Positions 31,019 to 40,362 are shown, numbered from the stretch's first letter. The stretch is DNA of 64,000 nucleotides from Candidatus Poribacteria bacterium (GCA_965116925.1 OZ220744.1:3744001-3808000), one strand, 5' to 3'. Notes: generated by a model not told the origin, from the sequence alone. Made by a program: numbers and translations.

Positions 31019-31915
31019 ATGTTAAATTCTGTTTGGAGACAAAGACAACCCATCGTGCTTGTTACCCTAGTATTACTTGTTGTTGTGGCTCCAATGGTGC
31101 TGGCAGAGGAGAAGATTGAGTGGGCGGAGTCAATTGAGAAAGGATTGGCAGAGGCGAAAAAAACAGGCAAGCCAATCATGATGGATTTCTACACCGAATG
31201 GTGAGGGTTCTGTAAGCGGCTGGATGCCGAAACGTTTACAGATCCGAAAATCGTTGAACTCTCGAAAAAATTTGTCAACCTCAAGGTCAATCCTGAAGAT
31301 ACAAACCACCCCGAAAATGAGGAAGCCCGTATCAAATACGGTGTCAGTGGATATCCAACGGTTGCATTTGTCAATTCCGAGGGAGAATTAATTGGTCTCA
31401 ATCCGGGCTTTAGTCCTCCAGAAGAATTTTTCGGAGTGATGGAAAGCATCTTCAAAGAGGAGGAGGCATTCACGGAGTTGAAGGTAGCGGTTCAGAAGAA
31501 TCCAAAGGATTTAAAAGCTAACGCTGGACTTGCACTGATTTACATCAAGCGCGGCAAATTTGAACAGGGGAAACCCCTATTTGATAAAGTTGTAAAACAG
31601 GATCGGGATAATAAAACGGGTCTTTTACCTGAGTTATATGTAAATTTTGCGATCTATTATGGGAATAATGCTGGGGGCAACAACGAGAAGGACTATTTCC
31701 AGAAAGCAGAGCAATTTTTCCAGAAGGTGATCGACACCTATCCGGACAGTAAGTTTTACGAAGATGCACAATATTATCTGGGGGTTACCTACGTGCTTCA
31801 AGGGAAATACGAATTGGCGACTGCAATACTTGAGAAGTTAAGTGATTCAGAAAATGAGGAGGTTCGACAACAGGCGGCAATCTGGCTGGAACAGGTCAAA
31901 AGTTCCATGAGGTAG
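31019..31915 (+). CDS. Exported thioredoxin-fold + TPR selenoprotein (Sec at TGA 31202-31204)
   Basis: Signal peptide; MMDFYTEW-TGA-GFCKRL (UxxC); open frame through GYPTVAFV into ORF 31436-31915; 298 aa. Confidence 0.85.
31205..31245 (+). promoter_or_regulatory. Putative bacterial SECIS hairpin
   Basis: Lower stem TCTGTAAG/TTTACAGA, upper stem CGGC/GCCG, apical loop TGGAT 16 nt after the UGA. Confidence 0.7.
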
Positions 31916-32027
31916 TAGGCAGTCAACCTTGCCGCGACAAATTTCGTCGTTGATTCACCGAATAAGCTTGAGATCCCCTCAATTGGTGTGTGAGAGACTC
32001 GTCATAAATTCAAATGCATTCACGGAG

Positions 32028-32070
32028 AAAGCCCATATCCAGTGAGAATTGGTGTGGGCTTTTTTATTTT
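32028..32070 (+). terminator. Rho-independent terminator
   Basis: AAAGCCCATATC...GGTGTGGGCTTTTTTATTTT. Confidence 0.7.
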
Positions 32071-32229
32071 CGTTGAGTAACGAAACCCACACGATTGTGC
32101 TACAGACATTGGTTTAATCACCGCTTGTCAACCGAGACCGCTTCATGCTATAATACCGCCCAATCCAATGCCGTAAAATAAGAGGTTTTACGAACTTTCA
32201 CCACTTCCCATCTTCGGGGCTGGCCAACG

Positions 32230-33741
32230 ATGAACACTTCTACCAAACTCTGGGGCGGGCGATTTCGCTCCGAGGTGTCAACTGAAACTGAAGACTTCAC
32301 ACAGTCCATTGATGTCGATTCACGCTTGGTCCCACATGACATCTGGGGCAGTCAAGTCCACGCTATCATGTTGGCACGGCAAGGAATTATCTCTGATGAT
32401 GATCTCCGGCAGATCTTGCATTGGCTGGGCAAGGCGGAATCGGATTTCCGTGATGGGAAGTTTGTCCTCAAACCTGAAAAAGAAGATGTCCACATGAATG
32501 TGGAGTCCTACCTCATCGAAGGTGCCGGAAGTGAGTATGGCGGAAAACTTCACACCGCTCGGTCTCGAAATGATCAGGTACTTGTCGATGCACATCTCTA
32601 TATCCGCGAACAGCTCCTCGACACACAGCAGGGGGTATCCCATTTGTGTCGTGCGTTTCTCTCTATCGCACAGGAACACACCGAAACGGTCATGCCGGGC
32701 TATACGCATACACAACACGCACAGCCAATCAGCCTTGGGTTTTGGGCGACAGCCTACGTCAGCATGGTTCTCCGGGATCAGAAGCGGTTGAATACAGCTT
32801 ACGACCTTGCCAATCTCAATCCACTCGGCGCTTGTGCGCTCGCAGGGACCTCCTTCTCAATCGATCGAAACTTGACAACCGAGTTGCTCGGTTTTGATAG
32901 GACGCATGAACATGCGTTGGATGTAATTAGCTCCCGCGATTTTATCGCTGAACCGCTTTTTGCGCTGACACTGCTGATGACCACCCTCTCAAGGCTTGGT
33001 GAGGAGATTGTTTACTGGACAACTTATGAATTTAACATCGCAACGCTTGATGATGCGTATGCGACGGGCAGCTCGATCATGCCTCAGAAAAAGAACGCCG
33101 ACATCGCGGAATTGACACGTGGACGGACGGGGAAGGTTTATGCAGCCCTTATGGACCTCTTGACGAATCTCAAAGGGTTGCCTACAGGATATAATCGCGA
33201 TCTCCAAGAGGACAAACCACCGCTGTGGGGTGCGTTTGATGTGGTTCAATCTTGCTTGGGGATTCTGCCCGGTCTTCTTGAGACACTCGACTTCAACACA
33301 GATCGGTTGGAACTGCTCGCCAATGCGAACTTCGCAACGGCAACAGAGCTAGCCAATTTCCTCGTTAGCGAACAGGGCTTGCCATTCCGAGAGTGTCACG
33401 GGATAGTTGGGAGCGTCGTGGAGGGCTTGGCGAAACGGGAGAAAACCTTTGGAGATTGGCAGGAAACGCAAGAGTTGTTGCGTTCCGAAGGTATTGACCT
33501 ATCCATCGCGCAACTCCAGTGCATTCTTGATCCGACACTTTCCCTCCACAATAACCGGAGTCTCGGCGGCACATCGCCCACGGAGGTGAAGCGAATGGTG
33601 GGTGAGTTTGAGAAAAGACTGAGCGAAATCGACAGCCAAATCCGCTCGCGGCAGGAGCAGATTAATACCGCTTACCAGAAAACACTTAGGATTATTGAAC
33701 AGGTGCTAGAGGGTAGAGCGATTGCAGAGGTCAATTTTTAA
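32230..33741 (+). CDS. argH: Argininosuccinate lyase
   Basis: KLWGGRF, HTARSRNDQ, MPGYTH, GSSIMPQKKN. Confidence 0.97.
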   Translation: MNTSTKLWGGRFRSEVSTETEDFTQSIDVDSRLVPHDIWGSQVHAIMLARQGIISDDDLRQILHWLGKAESDFRDGKFVLKPEKEDVHMNVESYLIEGAGSEYGGKLHTARSRNDQVLVDAHLYIREQLLDTQQGVSHLCRAFLSIAQEHTETVMPGYTHTQHAQPISLGFWATAYVSMVLRDQKRLNTAYDLANLNPLGACALAGTSFSIDRNLTTELLGFDRTHEHALDVISSRDFIAEPLFALTLLMTTLSRLGEEIVYWTTYEFNIATLDDAYATGSSIMPQKKNADIAELTRGRTGKVYAALMDLLTNLKGLPTGYNRDLQEDKPPLWGAFDVVQSCLGILPGLLETLDFNTDRLELLANANFATATELANFLVSEQGLPFRECHGIVGSVVEGLAKREKTFGDWQETQELLRSEGIDLSIAQLQCILDPTLSLHNNRSLGGTSPTEVKRMVGEFEKRLSEIDSQIRSRQEQINTAYQKTLRIIEQVLEGRAIAEVNF

Positions 33742-33748
33742 TAAGGGA

Positions 33749-33911
33749 TAGGACTTACGCACTTCAGTAGGGAACGCAGATCTGCGTTCCCTACGAATCC
33801 CTTATGGAATCTCTGTTGTAGTTGCCCGATGAATCGGGCGTTGGGACGGGTGTGCAGAGGCGATAAATCGCCGAACTACAAAACGTTGAACATTCAACTG
33901 CGTAACTCCTA
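33749..33911. mobile_element. MITE family D with 6-bp target duplication and REP cargo
   Basis: AAGGGA | TAGGACTTACGCA...TGCGTAACTCCTA | AAGGGA; GTAGGGAACGCAGATCTGCGTTCCCTAC inside. Confidence 0.85.
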
Positions 33912-33924
33912 AAGGGAGAGAAAA

Positions 33925-35454
33925 ATGAGGATTGGTATCGCTGGTCTTCATCATGAGACCAACACCTTTGCTTTAGAACAGAACGATACTATGGATACTG
34001 TCCATGTCCAGCGTGGAGAAACTCTGATCGCTACACACCCCAAGAATTTTATCGGCGGTTTTGTAGAAGGCGCCAAGCGAGGCGACGTAGAACTGGTTCC
34101 CACCGTCAGAATTGGCTTCGCCCACGGCGGCATCATCCATGCCGAAGTTTACCGGCGCTGTCGTGATATGATTGTGACAGGCTTGCAGCAGGCGGGACCG
34201 TTAGATGGCGTCTACTTCGCGCTTCATGGAGCGATGGTCGCAGAAGCACCCTATACCGATGCTGAAGGCGAACTGGTGCGGGAAGCGCGGCGGGTTCTAG
34301 GGGATATTCCTATGGTCGGTACTTACGACTTTCACGCTATCATGAGTGACGAGGAGGTTGAAGCACTCGTTCCTTTTCCTAATAACACCAATCCCCATAT
34401 TGACGGTTATGAGCGGGGATTGGAGGCGGCGGAATGTCTACTCCAAACGTTAGATGGCAAAATTAATCCGGTTACCCATCGAGTGTTTGTGCCGATCATT
34501 GGCCCCAATATCGGTCAAAGCACTTGGTCACACTTGCCGCAAGAGGAGCAAGGACTGCTACTCTATCAGTTGAACGAAAAGCGAGCGGAGATGGAAAAGA
34601 CCCCCAAGGTAATCAATATCACCATTCTCGGCGGCTACGGGTACGGTGATTCTGCGGATGCCGGTATGTCAATCATAGCGACGACTGACGGCGACCCGGA
34701 ACTCGCCAAACGACTGGCTCAAGAGTTGGCAAGGGATCTGTGGGAGCAACGGGAGCAATTGAAAATGGTGCGCCCGATACAATCTATTGATGCGGGAGTA
34801 AAAATGGCAATGGCTGATCCGCGAAAGCCGATTCTCTTGGTGGACTTAGGTGATGACCCCGGCAGTGCCTGTCCCGCCGATAGTCCGGCCGTGCTGGAAA
34901 GTCTGCTTCGTTGTGGGGCGCAGGATTGTGCACTCACTATCCGTGATGCAGAAGTGGTGCGCGCAGGCATAGCAGCCGGAGTAGGCGCAGAACTCAACAT
35001 CACCGTGGGGGGCAAGATTGACCAACGCTTCTACCAACCGCTGCAAATAACGGCTCAGGTCAAGTCTATTGACGATGGCAGGTACATGATCTGTGGTCCC
35101 ACACATGGTGGTTGGGGTCGTGAAGTCAACGAGGAAGCGTTTCGTGAGGCAAATGTGGGTAAGCGGGTTGTGCTGCGCACCGGGAATAAAATCGACGTTA
35201 TCTGCTCCCAACGAGGGACCGGCAAGGACCGAGATTTTTTCAAGAGTGCCGGTATCCTGTTGGAGGAGAAACAGATCCTCGTTGTCAAATCCAATCAAGC
35301 CCATCGCGCCTCCTTTGATCCGGTCGTTGCTGGCACCATAGAGCTAAACACCCCTGGTGTCAGCACTGTGAACTACGCTAGCCTCCCCTATCGCTACCTA
35401 CACCGCCCGATTTGGCCCATTGATGAGACGATGGATTGGCTGCCTTCTGCGTAG
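33925..35454 (+). CDS. M81 family metallopeptidase (MlrC-like)
   Basis: HETNTF, ALHGAMV, DFHA, PHID, DDPGS, VVKS. Confidence 0.88.
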   Translation: MRIGIAGLHHETNTFALEQNDTMDTVHVQRGETLIATHPKNFIGGFVEGAKRGDVELVPTVRIGFAHGGIIHAEVYRRCRDMIVTGLQQAGPLDGVYFALHGAMVAEAPYTDAEGELVREARRVLGDIPMVGTYDFHAIMSDEEVEALVPFPNNTNPHIDGYERGLEAAECLLQTLDGKINPVTHRVFVPIIGPNIGQSTWSHLPQEEQGLLLYQLNEKRAEMEKTPKVINITILGGYGYGDSADAGMSIIATTDGDPELAKRLAQELARDLWEQREQLKMVRPIQSIDAGVKMAMADPRKPILLVDLGDDPGSACPADSPAVLESLLRCGAQDCALTIRDAEVVRAGIAAGVGAELNITVGGKIDQRFYQPLQITAQVKSIDDGRYMICGPTHGGWGREVNEEAFREANVGKRVVLRTGNKIDVICSQRGTGKDRDFFKSAGILLEEKQILVVKSNQAHRASFDPVVAGTIELNTPGVSTVNYASLPYRYLHRPIWPIDETMDWLPSA

Positions 35455-35602
35455 TGTCTATGGGGAATTTGCTATCATTCAATCAACTCCGGCTGTGTCA
35501 AGAAAATAACTCAGAGTTTGTGCTTTTGGACATTAATTTGTCAGTTCCGATACTGATGCTAACAAGCTAATGATTGTACAGAGTTAGAACAGGAGATTGC
35601 TG

Positions 35603-36430
35603 ATGGAACAGCAACCACGAGAAAAATATCAACTCACCCTTGATCAGCGGCACTTCTTTGGAACACAAGGCTATCTGAAAGTTGAAGGATTGCTGAGTGA
35701 AGAAGACCTTCGTGAACTTGACCGTCATTCGATGGATATGGCGATGGGGAAGGTCGACTTCAGCCAACTGGAAGGAGTTACACCGAGAAGCGAGGGTAAC
35801 ACCCCTGCGGATATGGAGGATAAGTTCTTCCGCTTCATCCAGTTCCACCGGCACTTGACAATCCATGAGCGGTTTCTGCTACATCTCCGCATCCTTGATG
35901 TGCTTGAGACCTTGATTGGTCCCGATGTAATGGCGATGCAGTCAATGCTTTTCCTAAAGCCTCCGAAAAAATCCGGTCAGGCTTATCACCAAGATTCCTT
36001 TTACATCAAAACTGCCCCGGATACGTTGTGCGGAGCTTGGATAGCGATCGATGATTGCGATGAGGAGAACGGCTGCATGTATGTTGTTCCCGGTTCTCAC
36101 CTACACCCAATTTATGAGGAGGTAGCACTACCGGACAATACCGACGATTTTCAGGAAAGGCTGACCGAAATTGTCGGTGTAAAAGAAGGTAGCGAAGTAC
36201 CGGCGACCGCCAATGCCGGAGATGTCATCTTCTTCCATGGTCACCTTATCCATAGATCTAAGCAGAATCGATCAAAAGACCGATTTCGGCGGGCGTACGT
36301 CTGCCACTATGCCAACGCTCGATCTTATACCGAATGGGGCGAGGGCAATCAGAACCATATTCTTGCTCGCGGGTCAACGCATTTGCCGTTTGCGACACCT
36401 CGCTTTGTTACGCATGACCCGCTTGAGTAG
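35603..36430 (+). CDS. Phytanoyl-CoA dioxygenase (PhyH) family
   Basis: YHQD...VPGSH...GDVIFFHGHLIHRS. Confidence 0.9.
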   Translation: MEQQPREKYQLTLDQRHFFGTQGYLKVEGLLSEEDLRELDRHSMDMAMGKVDFSQLEGVTPRSEGNTPADMEDKFFRFIQFHRHLTIHERFLLHLRILDVLETLIGPDVMAMQSMLFLKPPKKSGQAYHQDSFYIKTAPDTLCGAWIAIDDCDEENGCMYVVPGSHLHPIYEEVALPDNTDDFQERLTEIVGVKEGSEVPATANAGDVIFFHGHLIHRSKQNRSKDRFRRAYVCHYANARSYTEWGEGNQNHILARGSTHLPFATPRFVTHDPLE

Positions 36431-36473
36431 CGTTCCAGTTTCGATTTTTAGGTATACCAATTCGCTCCGTTGA

Positions 36474-36640
36474 AACTTGGAAAGGAGATTTCGGTCAGTT
36501 ACCCCGCCCTGAAGGGACGGGGCTTGTTTGAAACGTCCGTCCAACGGGTCTTACAAGGTTCTGCGCTTCTGTCCCCTGACGGGGGATTTCGGGGTCGTTT
36601 GCAACCGACGCACCTCCACGCAAGGCTACAGCAGCCTTTT
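36474..36640 (-). ncRNA. Predicted omega/reRNA of TnpB-1 (5' boundary approximate)
   Basis: Overlaps the tnpB 3' tail and right-end hairpin; the flank gives guide CGAAAUCUCCUUUCCAAGUU. Confidence 0.6.
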
Positions 36641-37721
36641 TGATATTTATCGCGGCGTTATGGTCTCTATTGAGGACCAACCCACAATGGGGGCAATCAT
36701 GGAGACGATCCGACAACTGTTTAGGCACAACTTCATTACAACCGGAGCATTGCTGACTGGTATGGTGAGGTTTCACTTTCGTGAACTGCTTGCCGGCACT
36801 TGCAGCCTTGCTTTGCAGTTTCAATCGAAAGCTACCCCATCCCGCGTCAGATATACTCTTGGCGAGGTAGTGGTTCTTCAACATATTGGTGATGGTCAAG
36901 TTCTCTACAGCGACCTCATCACATCGTTCAAGGAGACGATGGGCTGCCTTGAACTGAAAATCCTTGCGCTGATTCACTATCCGTTCATGGCAACGGGCGA
37001 CAATCTCACGTTGTTTTGCTCGGCGGCGGCTCCCCTTTTTGCGGCGAGACAATACGCATTGATGTTTGCCAAGCTTCTTTTCGGATTTACGATAATGGCG
37101 GAGGTTTGGGATATGTTCGCCATCAGAATCGACAGCAAACGAGTTAAGTCCCACGTCTACGCCAATCGTCGTGTGGACAGGGACTTCTATAGGGGCTGGC
37201 ACTTCGACGCAGATAGTTACATACCAACCGCTGGCTCGCTTGATGACCGTCAGATTCTTGATGTTGCCGTCAGGTAAAGGACGGTGATAACGAATCTTGA
37301 GGTGTCCTATTTTCGGAACAACGACTTTGGCAAACTTACGATGTACACTCCGGACCAGCTGCTTGGACAGGTGGCTAAAGGTCATTGACCGGTATCGCCC
37401 TTCGCCTTTGAAGCGGGGGAAGCCCGGTGCCGCCCCGTTCTTGGCACGGCGGAAGAATGCTTTGTACGCTTTATCCAAACGGCGCATCGCATCTTGGAGA
37501 ACATCCGCGTGAAGTCCTGCAAATGCCTTGGATGCTGCTTTCAAGTCAGGTAAGGCGTTGGCTTGGGTCGTCCATTTGACAGAATCGTTATTTTTCTGGT
37601 AAGCGTCTATCCGCCACGCTAACGCTTGATTGTAGAGATTTCGCAACAAGGCAAGCCAAAACAAAAAAGTATGTCGCTGTTTCGTCGTAGGATAGGCGCG
37701 ATATTCATAAGTCTTTTTCAT
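36495..37721 (-). CDS. tnpB: RNA-guided endonuclease TnpB, canonical RuvC
   Basis: YEYRAYPT helix-turn-helix start, GVDVG, AVENL, TSQQCSGC...CPHCG...RDHNAA. Confidence 0.93.
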   Translation of the reverse strand: MKKTYEYRAYPTTKQRHTFLFWLALLRNLYNQALAWRIDAYQKNNDSVKWTTQANALPDLKAASKAFAGLHADVLQDAMRRLDKAYKAFFRRAKNGAAPGFPRFKGEGRYRSMTFSHLSKQLVRSVHRKFAKVVVPKIGHLKIRYHRPLPDGNIKNLTVIKRASGWYVTICVEVPAPIEVPVHTTIGVDVGLNSFAVDSDGEHIPNLRHYRKSEKKLGKHQCVLSRRKKGSRRRAKQREIVARCHERIVNQRKDFQFKAAHRLLERCDEVAVENLTITNMLKNHYLAKSISDAGWGSFRLKLQSKAASAGKQFTKVKPHHTSQQCSGCNEVVPKQLSDRLHDCPHCGLVLNRDHNAAINIKKAAVALRGGASVANDPEIPRQGTEAQNLVRPVGRTFQTSPVPSGRGN

Positions 37722-37736
37722 GCTGGTTAGCTTTCT

Positions 37737-37812
37737 GGCTTTCATTCCTTTTCTACGAGGTGTAGGGGACATCCCGAAGGGTTCGGGATGGTAGAAATCC
37801 CCTACGAAAGCC
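37737..37812 (-). ncRNA. Pseudoknotted tnpB 5'-leader RNA, copy 1
   Basis: Four perfectly paired helices; same topology as 40272-40346. Confidence 0.7.
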
Positions 37813-37818
37813 ATAAGA

Positions 37819-37847
37819 ACTGTACCATATTTCACACAACTTTTCAA
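37819..37847 (-). promoter_or_regulatory. Sigma70-type promoter of tnpB-1
   Basis: TTGAAA-17 nt-TACAGT with extended TG. Confidence 0.6.
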
Positions 37848-37908
37848 CGAAAAAGGAGCGCAGTTTCCTCCCCGCTCTAAAGAATGGGGGCTCCACTGCG
37901 AAGATTTG

Positions 37909-38760
37909 ATGAACAATCAAGATGTCAAACTGACGGATCAGCAGATCAATTTTTTTCAGACCTTCGGTTATCTAAGCTTCCCCGGATTCTTGGCAGACCG
38001 TAGCGAGGAAATCATCAATGCGTTTGAAGCGGTTTGGGCGGAACGTGGAGGAGGCCATAACGGGAAACCCCACGAGGGGACAGCACGCTCCTGTATCGTT
38101 CCGTTCATCGATCAGAGCGAATATTTATCGTCTCTGTTAGATGACCCCCGTATATTGAGAATAGCGACCACGCTTCTCGGTGACGACTTCAACTATATGG
38201 GCAGCGATGGGAACTACTACGTCGGAGATACGCGCTGGCATTCTGATGGGGGACACAAACCGGAGGATCCTACCCACCTCAAAATTGCATTTTACCTCGA
38301 TCATCTAACCCGTGACACCGGTGCCCTGCGCGTCATTCCCGGCAGCCATCTCTTTGGGGATGGTTACGCGGATCGGCTTCAGGAGGAGATTCGGGAGAGT
38401 GAAGCAGACTGGGGCGTTCATGGCAAGGATGTGCCAGCAATCGCATTCGAGACGCAGCCGGGGGATGTGGTGTGTTTCAATCACAATACCAAGCACGCTG
38501 CGTTTGGCGGCGGCACACGCCGACGGATGTTTACCATGAACCTTTGTGAACGTTATCCCGAAAATCGTTTGGAGGACCTACGCACCTACATCGGCAACTC
38601 AGCGCGGTTCTGGATCGACCGCAAATATGGTCCGAAGATGGTAGGTACTGCGGGCCCTGAACGGATAGTGCACTTAGAACAGGTGATGGCTAACGATGGG
38701 CATCTCGCTGAGCTTTCACGTAAAGCGCAGGAAACAATGAGCGAACCTTCGCGTGGGTAA
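37909..38760 (+). CDS. PhyH family dioxygenase separated from its RBS
   Basis: FFQTFGYL, WHSD, VIPGSH, PGDVVCFNHNTKHA. Confidence 0.88.
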   Translation: MNNQDVKLTDQQINFFQTFGYLSFPGFLADRSEEIINAFEAVWAERGGGHNGKPHEGTARSCIVPFIDQSEYLSSLLDDPRILRIATTLLGDDFNYMGSDGNYYVGDTRWHSDGGHKPEDPTHLKIAFYLDHLTRDTGALRVIPGSHLFGDGYADRLQEEIRESEADWGVHGKDVPAIAFETQPGDVVCFNHNTKHAAFGGGTRRRMFTMNLCERYPENRLEDLRTYIGNSARFWIDRKYGPKMVGTAGPERIVHLEQVMANDGHLAELSRKAQETMSEPSRG

Positions 38761-38814
38761 GTTCTCCGCTAGTGTAGCGCGTTCATCCTCTCATTTCACA
38801 CAACTACGATTTGT

Positions 38815-38853
38815 GTTCAGGGGTTCAAGGGTTGTTAAACCCCTGAACTTTTT
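38815..38853 (+). terminator. Rho-independent terminator
   Basis: GTTCAGGGGTT...AACCCCTGAAC-TTTTT between convergent genes. Confidence 0.7.
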
Positions 38854-38871
38854 GTAGCATTCATAGGTCGG

Positions 38872-39912
38872 CTAAAAAGCTGACTGCACCCTTTCCGCCT
38901 TCCCGCTCCTTGCAGACCGCTCGCAGGCATCTAACACAGCGATGACCTTCGTACCGACCTCTGCGTTAATTAGTGGCTGTTTGTTGTGCTTGAGGCAGTC
39001 TTCAAAATGTAGCATATAACGCACCACTTCACCGATATGTCCAACATCGGCAATCTCATCTGTCCCTATAGAAGCGGCCTCTTCGACGGGGATGATGCTG
39101 CGATGGTCATCATCGAAAATCGCATCCCCATTGACAACACTGCCGGCAGTTCCGTAGACCGATAGCCCTAGCATTGGCATCGGTGCATGACAGAGACCGT
39201 AAAGCCCTAGGACACGGCCGAGCCGCCCATCCTCATAGATTAGATTGACCATCCAGTTGTCGTTGAAATGTCCCTCACCTGACGGATATCGCTCATCAAT
39301 TCCGCTTTCATGGGCAATCGCATGTACGGCACTGGGGAAACCGAGAAACCAGATAATCAGATCCATTGGATGACACAGTCCGCCGTAGAGCGTTTTCTGA
39401 GGCATCTGGTGTCTCCACGGTGTCGCTGTTAGCACGCTGCGCATATCATGGACATAATGGGCTTCGACTGCGACGATATTGCCAAGTTTGCCAGCTTCCA
39501 TTAATCGGTGCGTGTGCATAAAATCTGGTCGAAAGCGGCAGGTCTGTCCAACCATGAGTTTCAAACCGGTTTCCCGCGTCCTCTGCAATACACGAACCGC
39601 ATCGTCAAGGCTGTCAACAAACCCTTTTGTGCAGATTATATGCTTGCCACAATCGAGAGCGTCAAGGCAGTGCTGTGCGTGAAGTGGATCCGGTGTGTAA
39701 ATGCCCACGATGTCGATTTCATCCCGCTGGAGGAGTTCCCGATAATCCATCGTTGCAAACGGAACATTATGTTCTGTACGGATGCTTTCCAGCCGATCCG
39801 CATCTGTATCGCAAATCCCCCGGATTTCCAGATCGGTATCGGGAATCTGTCGAATCCCAAACATCGACTTTCCCATCCCTAACCCAATAATCCCAACGCC
39901 AATTTTCTCCAT
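38872..39912 (-). CDS. Gfo/Idh/MocA family oxidoreductase
   Basis: IGVGIIGLGMG, GKHIICTK; AGGAGG RBS. Confidence 0.85.
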   Translation of the reverse strand: MEKIGVGIIGLGMGKSMFGIRQIPDTDLEIRGICDTDADRLESIRTEHNVPFATMDYRELLQRDEIDIVGIYTPDPLHAQHCLDALDCGKHIICTKGFVDSLDDAVRVLQRTRETGLKLMVGQTCRFRPDFMHTHRLMEAGKLGNIVAVEAHYVHDMRSVLTATPWRHQMPQKTLYGGLCHPMDLIIWFLGFPSAVHAIAHESGIDERYPSGEGHFNDNWMVNLIYEDGRLGRVLGLYGLCHAPMPMLGLSVYGTAGSVVNGDAIFDDDHRSIIPVEEAASIGTDEIADVGHIGEVVRYMLHFEDCLKHNKQPLINAEVGTKVIAVLDACERSARSGKAERVQSAF

Positions 39913-40071
39913 GTCTCTATCGCCTCCTGTTGTAGATGTCAAAATTACCCATTTTTCCCGCGAAAATGCGAAAATTGTTTCCACCTCAAAGTTGAGGATT
40001 ATATCATAGATTATGAATTGCATTACAAACAAAGACATTTTAATTTTATGTTACGAAAAACCCTTTAGGTC

Positions 40072-40177
40072 TATAGTAGATTTTAGAATTAATGAGACAC
40101 TGCAAATCGGCGCAGTTGGAAACAGCGCCTACCAGATGAGGAGCGAAAGTGTCTGTTTATTTTTTAAATTCACTATA
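40072..40177 (+). mobile_element. MITE family C (TATA-flanked) with REP-like cargo
   Basis: TATAGTAGATTTTAGAATTAAT...TTTTTAAATTCACTATA; close copy at 45337-45444. Confidence 0.8.
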
Positions 40178-40236
40178 AATCCCAATCCTTTAGGTTTGGA
40201 GCATTTGGGGCGCAGCCTATACAGATTGCTTTAGCA

Positions 40237-40265
40237 TCGACTTTTCAGGAGAAATATGGTATACT
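40237..40265 (+). promoter_or_regulatory. Sigma70-type promoter of tnpB-2
   Basis: TCGACT-17 nt-TATACT with extended TG; GAAATATGGTA shared with the tnpB-1 promoter. Confidence 0.65.
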
Positions 40266-40271
40266 TGTCCC

Positions 40272-40346
40272 GTCTTTCGGTGGGAAGGTTCGACACCATC
40301 GCACGGTGGTGCTTCCCACACCCTATCGAACAGGAAGACGAAAGAC
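40272..40346 (+). ncRNA. Pseudoknotted tnpB 5'-leader RNA, copy 2
   Basis: Four helices that covary with copy 1. Confidence 0.7.
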
Positions 40347-40362
40347 CGAAAGGACCCTCCCC

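Larger units (their letters stand above)
36494..37908 (-). mobile_element. Non-autonomous IS200/IS605 (IS1341-like) element, tnpB only
   Basis: Right end CAAG-CCCCGTCCCTTCAGGGCGGGG-TAAC-TGAC; left end after TTCAT with hairpin CCCCCATTCTTTAGAGCGGGG; removal restores AAGGAG-N6-ATG. Confidence 0.88.

Noticed and set aside
31920..32027. Possible small RNA between the selenoprotein gene and its terminator
   Set aside because: No convincing structure or known motif, and not tRNA-like.
36528..37277. 249-aa ORF antisense to tnpB
   Set aside because: Shadow ORF with no recognisable motif or RBS.
36494..37908. IStron (group I intron-IS chimera)
   Set aside because: Only about 190 nt lie between the left end and tnpB, the element is antisense to the host gene, and no intron core is visible.
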